64,000 nt of DNA from an uncultured Candidatus Saccharibacteria bacterium (GTDB lineage Bacteria; Patescibacteriota; WWE3; 2-01-FULL-39-13): NCBI GenBank assembly GCA_964370865.1, contig CAYJKF010000002.1:20719-84718 (forward strand), given 5' to 3'. A model generated the notes under the pieces. The model made no database searches, was not told the origin of the DNA, and saw nothing but the letters and a program-made list of their open reading frames with translations. Both the position numbers and the translations under genes were made by a program. Position 1 is the first letter of the stretch; each line of letters opens with the position of its first letter. Shown here in pieces: positions 59,162-64,000 of the stretch.

Positions 59162-59923
59162 TAGATGTCGGATACGCGCTTCCGATAAGCAAAGATTTTC
59201 ATTGTAGGGATATTTATTATCTACTATTGGAAAAGTCACAAATGTCGTATTGTTCATTCTATTGAAAGCTACTCCATATGGCGCTCTTGCCCACCTTGAT
59301 GTGCTATTGTTGCTTGCGTGAGATATGCCAATTATCTGAGTAGTTCTTCCGTCCAGCACTATAGAAAGAGTTTCTACTGTATTAATACCAGAATATAAAT
59401 TTTTAAGTAAAGGATTTCTTCTGATCGAGTAGGCGCCTTCAGGTCTAATGGAAAAATCTATTACACTTGTATTGTAATCGTTAGAGACTGTAATTGTATA
59501 AGACGTGTTCCAGTAGATATTTGGAAAAATGTTTGATTCAATAAGTATTTCACCTTTCCTAAAATTACTTATGACATCATTATTTAAGAACTCTTCTGCG
59601 TAAGTATATAAACTATCTGGATTATGTAGATAATGCGGTAAGTTATTATCTTTTATAGTTACCAGGTTAGTTCGACCTCGAAGTTGGGTTGGAGGAGAAT
59701 AAGGAGCTCTAATCCTATCTTTCAAAATCTCATCAAGGAAGGAAAGTTGCTCAGTTTCTGGAAAAGGTGCCGGAGCGTAGTATTTCAAGACTTCCTCATT
59801 GATTTCTGAAGTTGTATCATCTGGGAAAACCTCAACGGGATCTAATTGACTGACTTGCTCTCTTAAGAATTCCACATCGGAAGCTGCATATTTATCAATA
59901 ATCGCGGAGGTTTCGAAGTCCAT
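59123..59923 (-). CDS. Hypothetical soluble protein (266 aa), N-x-S/T rich
   Basis: No TM. Convergent 39-nt overlap with the preceding gene. Codon usage resembles its neighbours. Confidence 0.4.
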   Translation of the reverse strand: MDFETSAIIDKYAASDVEFLREQVSQLDPVEVFPDDTTSEINEEVLKYYAPAPFPETEQLSFLDEILKDRIRAPYSPPTQLRGRTNLVTIKDNNLPHYLHNPDSLYTYAEEFLNNDVISNFRKGEILIESNIFPNIYWNTSYTITVSNDYNTSVIDFSIRPEGAYSIRRNPLLKNLYSGINTVETLSIVLDGRTTQIIGISHASNNSTSRWARAPYGVAFNRMNNTTFVTFPIVDNKYPYNENLCLSEARIRHLLDVFSGKSKYQH

Positions 59924-59965
59924 AATTAGGAGAATTATACTATAGGTTAGAAATGATGCAAATAC

Positions 59966-61573
59966 GTGTACTTGGTATACCCGTTACGTTACAATTACGA
60001 TGTGTTTAGACTACCTTCAATCAAAGGATTTTTATTATATTTAGGAGTATTTTTCATATTTCTAATACCACGTGTTTCTAATCTTGGATCCGATATAGCT
60101 AATTTTGATGCAGTGCATTATTGGTATCCGAGGATTGAAACATTTAATGAGGCAATTCTTGAAGGCCGGTTTGCTGATACCTATGTAACATATCATCCTG
60201 GCACGACAATGCTTTGGTTATCTGGTGCTGGCAATTTGGCATTCCAAAAGTATTTTGAATATAAACATAATTTCAATCCAATCGACATTCCACATCAATT
60301 TACTCGTGTCCAATTTGCATCAACATTCCCGATTGTATTTGTAATTTCATTGCTTGGATTAATAAATTATTTAGTCTTAAAAAGATTAGTTGGAAAACCG
60401 TATGCACTGATATTTGTCGTTTTATTAAGTGTTGAACCTTTCTTTCTAGGAATAAGTAGATTTTTACACTTAACTGCGCTTTCAACTATGTTTGGGTTTA
60501 CATCATTATTGTTTGCTGTTCTAGCTACTAAAGTTCGGCAGAAAAAATATCTAGTTATCGCTGGAATAATGTTAGGGCTAGGAGTGGCTACAAAAATTTC
60601 CGTAATAATATTTCTTCCTATTATCGCGTTATATTTATTGGCAGAATTTATAAGGTTTAGAAAAATCAAATTTATTCTCATTTCATCACTATTATTTGTT
60701 TTAACAATGGTGGTTACATTTGTTGTAGTAAGTCCCTACATGTGGGTTTCACCACTTCAGAGTTTAAATAAAATTTATGTGGATGGAATACTTGAGACTG
60801 CATTAGATGATAGTGGTGGTTTATCATTATCGAAACAGCCATATTTATATTATTTGGAGCAGTCTTTTTATAGGTTAGCTCCTTACACTTTCGTTCTATA
60901 TTTGTTGGGAATATTCTTAATCGTAAAGAATTATGTTCAGAAGAAACCTCAATCAAGATTGTATCTTGCAGTATTAATTTATTTTATTGTTTACTATTTA
61001 GCCTTGTCTATTCCTAGCAAACTAAAAGATCGATACTTAGTTGAACTAATTCCTTCTTATATCATTTTTGCGACGTACGCATTCACGGCCATTTATAATT
61101 CATTAGCAAAAACAGGAAGGATAGTTATGTTAACTATAGTCGGACTGTTAATTTTGCTAAACCTATACCGATACTATCCGGTTTATTCATTTTATTTTAC
61201 TGATTTTGTTGGTGGACCAGCTGGAATCGAGAAATTAGGTTTACCAGTTACCAATCGCGGGGAATATTATATTCAAGCCGCTCTTTATATAAATGAAAAA
61301 GATGGAGCGGTTGATGATAACGTTTATTTCTTAAACGACGCAAAGCTCCCAACTTTCTCTACGGCTTTTATAGGTAAAGCGTATGCGGATGTTGGGAATT
61401 TAGAAGACAATGCCCAGGTTCACTATGTAGTTGGACATAAAAGAAGTGACAGTTATATTCCAAGAGATAAATGTAAATTAGAAATTTCTTTTGGACCACA
61501 TAATCCTTTTGGATATGGCGAGGTGGAAGTTTACAGATGTGCGGGTGCAATTAAAGAGGATTTTCAGAATTAA
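59966..61573 (+). CDS. Polytopic GT-C-like membrane protein ('YHPG' family paralog). Non-ATG start (GTG 59966 or TTG 59972).
   Basis: LGSDIANFDAVHYWYPR ... TYHPGTTMLWLSG, ~60% similar to 26118-27764. Confidence 0.55.
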   Translation: MYLVYPLRYNYDVFRLPSIKGFLLYLGVFFIFLIPRVSNLGSDIANFDAVHYWYPRIETFNEAILEGRFADTYVTYHPGTTMLWLSGAGNLAFQKYFEYKHNFNPIDIPHQFTRVQFASTFPIVFVISLLGLINYLVLKRLVGKPYALIFVVLLSVEPFFLGISRFLHLTALSTMFGFTSLLFAVLATKVRQKKYLVIAGIMLGLGVATKISVIIFLPIIALYLLAEFIRFRKIKFILISSLLFVLTMVVTFVVVSPYMWVSPLQSLNKIYVDGILETALDDSGGLSLSKQPYLYYLEQSFYRLAPYTFVLYLLGIFLIVKNYVQKKPQSRLYLAVLIYFIVYYLALSIPSKLKDRYLVELIPSYIIFATYAFTAIYNSLAKTGRIVMLTIVGLLILLNLYRYYPVYSFYFTDFVGGPAGIEKLGLPVTNRGEYYIQAALYINEKDGAVDDNVYFLNDAKLPTFSTAFIGKAYADVGNLEDNAQVHYVVGHKRSDSYIPRDKCKLEISFGPHNPFGYGEVEVYRCAGAIKEDFQN

Positions 61574-61574
61574 C

Positions 61575-63140
61575 TTACTTACATCTAAAAATATATACAA
61601 ACCCAAATCTACCAGGCCACCTTGGACCTAATTCTTTAACTTTTTCGCATCCTTCTGGAAAATCTTCGGTGTCGGTATAGTCAGTTGCATAGAAAAGATG
61701 CGAATACCTTTTTTCTTTTTCTTTTATCTCACCCGAGTAAGTTGTACCTAAAAATCCAAATGATGCGGATACATCTTTATTGCCCTCGGTAATTACTAAA
61801 ACTGTTTCTCTCGGATTAATATTTTTATCAGAATTTATGTACTGAGCAACCTGCAAATAAAATTCTCCATCGTTGTACGGTTTACGAATTTTGGAATATC
61901 CTGGCATCCAACCTAATAAATCTGTATGAAATGCAGAAAAATTTGGATAGAACATTTGTAGTGATATAAAGTAGTAAAGTCCAATAACTACAATCAAGAG
62001 TTTTTGGCCATATTTGTATTTATTTACCCATTCAAAGAGTTTGTATATGGAATATGAGGATATTAAGATTGCGAATGGATAAATAAGTGATGTATATCTT
62101 GTCATCTGTTTTGATGGAATACTCATGACCAAGAAATAATAAAAGACGTATACCATAGCCGTGGTTAAAACATATTTGTATGTTCTATCTTTTTCTTTAA
62201 ATAATAGAGGCATTCCAACAAGGAAGCTTAAAAAAGTAAGTCCAAGAGATTTAACAAAAAATAATTCAAAATAATATGTAATTTTATATTGCAATATTGA
62301 AGCGTGTGGGCCATCTGTAAAGCCTTTTCCTTCGACTCCTAGCACAAATATATTTCTAATCGTATTGATAGGGTCAATCCACATTAATGGCATAAGAATA
62401 AATAGTGAGGCAATGGTATAAACAAGCAGTATCGAAAAATATTTGATTGTTGGCAGTACTGATTCTTTAAGATTAGTTTTAAATACGTGTGTGGCGAAAA
62501 TTAGAATTCCTAACGCAGGCAAAAGAATGATTCCAGAGCTTTTGGTAAAGAAAGCAGATGCTAAAAAGAAACCTGAAAGAATAATAAAAAGTAACTTCTT
62601 GTTGTAAGTCCCATATAGGGCAGATGTAAATGAGGCGAACACAAAAGCACTTTCCAGTCCACTTAAATGGAAATAACGTGTGATTCCTAAATAAAATGGT
62701 TCCAGCGATAAACAGAGTGCAAAGAAGATCAAATGGGTCTTGTTTATTCCTAATTTCTTGAGTAGAAGAATGGAATAGGTAAGTAATAGCGATATTACAA
62801 AAACCAAAGGAAATTTTGCAACAAAGGATGTTAAATAAAATTGCTCGGGGTATACAAAGCCACTGGAGAGTTTAGGGGAATATCCGGCCATTTGTTCGAA
62901 AACCCAATAAAAGACTGCTTTGGATGTTCCACTTAGCCACATTAAAGTGATTCCTGGATGATAACTTTGAAATAACCCAGGCAAATCGCCATTAGAAAGA
63001 TTTTTAATAAATAAATCGCTTCGTATCATCCATCTTTGAGCATCTACGTTCCATTCATCCCAGCCTAATCCAATGACTCTTGGTATTAAAAATATTAGAA
63101 AAAATGTCAGGAACGGAAGAAATGTCTTAATTTTAATCAT
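61575..63140 (-). CDS. Polytopic GT-C-like membrane protein ('YHPG' family paralog), tail-to-tail with its paralog
   Basis: GLGWDEWNVDAQRW ... SYHPGITLMWLSG. Conserved C-terminal domain ending FRCK. Confidence 0.55.
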   Translation of the reverse strand: MIKIKTFLPFLTFFLIFLIPRVIGLGWDEWNVDAQRWMIRSDLFIKNLSNGDLPGLFQSYHPGITLMWLSGTSKAVFYWVFEQMAGYSPKLSSGFVYPEQFYLTSFVAKFPLVFVISLLLTYSILLLKKLGINKTHLIFFALCLSLEPFYLGITRYFHLSGLESAFVFASFTSALYGTYNKKLLFIILSGFFLASAFFTKSSGIILLPALGILIFATHVFKTNLKESVLPTIKYFSILLVYTIASLFILMPLMWIDPINTIRNIFVLGVEGKGFTDGPHASILQYKITYYFELFFVKSLGLTFLSFLVGMPLLFKEKDRTYKYVLTTAMVYVFYYFLVMSIPSKQMTRYTSLIYPFAILISSYSIYKLFEWVNKYKYGQKLLIVVIGLYYFISLQMFYPNFSAFHTDLLGWMPGYSKIRKPYNDGEFYLQVAQYINSDKNINPRETVLVITEGNKDVSASFGFLGTTYSGEIKEKEKRYSHLFYATDYTDTEDFPEGCEKVKELGPRWPGRFGFVYIFRCK

Positions 63141-63187
63141 TATCTTAAATTATTATAAACGAATATTTGTTAAAATTTAGCAATCGA

Positions 63188-64000
63188 ATGACTAAATCTA
63201 ATTTGATTCTGTATATTATTATTTTTCTACTCTCCTTTATTTATCGTTTTTTTGCATATAAATTTATCAATATAGATTCCGATGAGGTAATGTGGTCGGT
63301 TATGGCTGATAATATTTTAAGAGGAGATAGGCATTATGTGTATTTTGCTACACAAAATTATACTGGCTCAATGGAAGCGTATATCCTTGCGATTTTTCAG
63401 TATTTCGGTTTGTTCGGAAACTCAATTTTGCGTATAAACTCCATTATTTTCGGATCTCTTACATCGGTTCTTTTATTCGTAATTACTAGGAAAGTTCTAA
63501 CAGATAAAATTTCAACAAATTTATCATATCTGTATGCTTCGCTGTCAGTAGTCATATATTCGGTAACCACGATCGCGAATCTGAATATTCATGCTAAGGC
63601 CTGGGGGAATTATGTGTTCATTGAATTCGCGTTTACTTTAATTCTATTATTATTTCTCTTATTCCTGGAAAAGAAAAAGATTGTATACATTATTCTAATT
63701 GGATTGTTAATGGCTTTATCCTTTTGGCTCAACATGCAGTCTCTTTCATTTATTGTTGGATTCATTTTTCTATTTTTCCTTAATGAGTTGATTAGTCTTA
63801 TAAAATGGAAGGAAATTGATAAACGTAGTGTCCAATCATATATTAGAGATTATTCGTTTCCCTTTGTAGTAGGTTTAAGTTCGATTTTGGTGTTTTATTT
63901 CATGGTTAGAAAGAGGATGTTCTATGATCCTATTTCAACCTTAATAAATAAGTTCGGAATCGATATTGGGGTACCGATAGATACATTTAGTATTCATTTA
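63188..64000 (+). CDS. ArnT/PMT-like GT-C membrane glycosyltransferase, 5' partial (runs off the window)
   Basis: DSDEVMWSVMADNIL first-loop DE motif and multiple TMs. Open to the window end, in frame. Confidence 0.55.
   Translation, partial: MTKSNLILYIIIFLLSFIYRFFAYKFINIDSDEVMWSVMADNILRGDRHYVYFATQNYTGSMEAYILAIFQYFGLFGNSILRINSIIFGSLTSVLLFVITRKVLTDKISTNLSYLYASLSVVIYSVTTIANLNIHAKAWGNYVFIEFAFTLILLLFLLFLEKKKIVYIILIGLLMALSFWLNMQSLSFIVGFIFLFFLNELISLIKWKEIDKRSVQSYIRDYSFPFVVGLSSILVFYFMVRKRMFYDPISTLINKFGIDIGVPIDTFSIHL

Noticed and set aside
1-64000. Searched by eye for CRISPR arrays, tRNA/rRNA genes, IS elements, integrases or phage genes
   Set aside because: I found no periodic direct repeats with spacers, no cloverleaf-like conserved tRNA motifs in the short intergenic gaps, and no transposase or recombinase motifs in any ORF. 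The largest intergenic gap is 120 nt.

Overview
This is an AT-rich (roughly 33-37% GC by eye), very gene-dense bacterial segment. I found no rRNA, tRNA, CRISPR array, transposase or integrase. Gene ends abut or overlap throughout, six convergent gene pairs have no room for terminators, and Shine-Dalgarno sequences are mostly absent.

The first ~14 kb is housekeeping. A ClpC-like double-AAA+ unfoldase with an unusual N-terminal membrane anchor is translationally coupled to prfB. Then come a small membrane protein, ftsE-ftsX and an EnvC-like M23 peptidase, a CAP/SCP-domain membrane protein, two polyprenyl-phosphate-sugar-synthase-like GT2 genes, UDP-glucose 6-dehydrogenase, and pepF on the minus strand.

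The remaining ~50 kb is one contiguous envelope-glycosylation super-locus in three long operons (+ 14.1-26.1 kb, + 27.8-38.3 kb, - 40.2-57.0 kb), plus a divergent block at 57-64 kb. I count at least 14 polytopic GT-C-type membrane proteins (ArnT/PMT-like) falling into several paralog families, with DUF2079-like and YfhO-like polytopic proteins annotated separately. There are 5 GT4 and 6 GT2 glycosyltransferases (3 of polyprenyl-P-sugar-synthase type), 5 paralogous class I SAM methyltransferases interleaved with GT2 genes, and a Wzx-like flippase. There are also two Wzy_C/O-antigen-ligase-family proteins, one fused to an ArnT-like GT-C domain.

The most notable oddities are these:
- the membrane-anchored Clp ATPase;
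- an apparently circularly permuted M23 domain in the FtsEX partner;
- the Wzy_C-ArnT fusion;
- the alternating methyltransferase/GT2 array, with a (TA)8 tract at a methyltransferase start;
- a compositionally distinct orphan ORF inserted in opposite orientation at 39.6-40.2 kb;
- TATAAT boxes 5-6 nt upstream of two start codons, suggesting leaderless transcripts.
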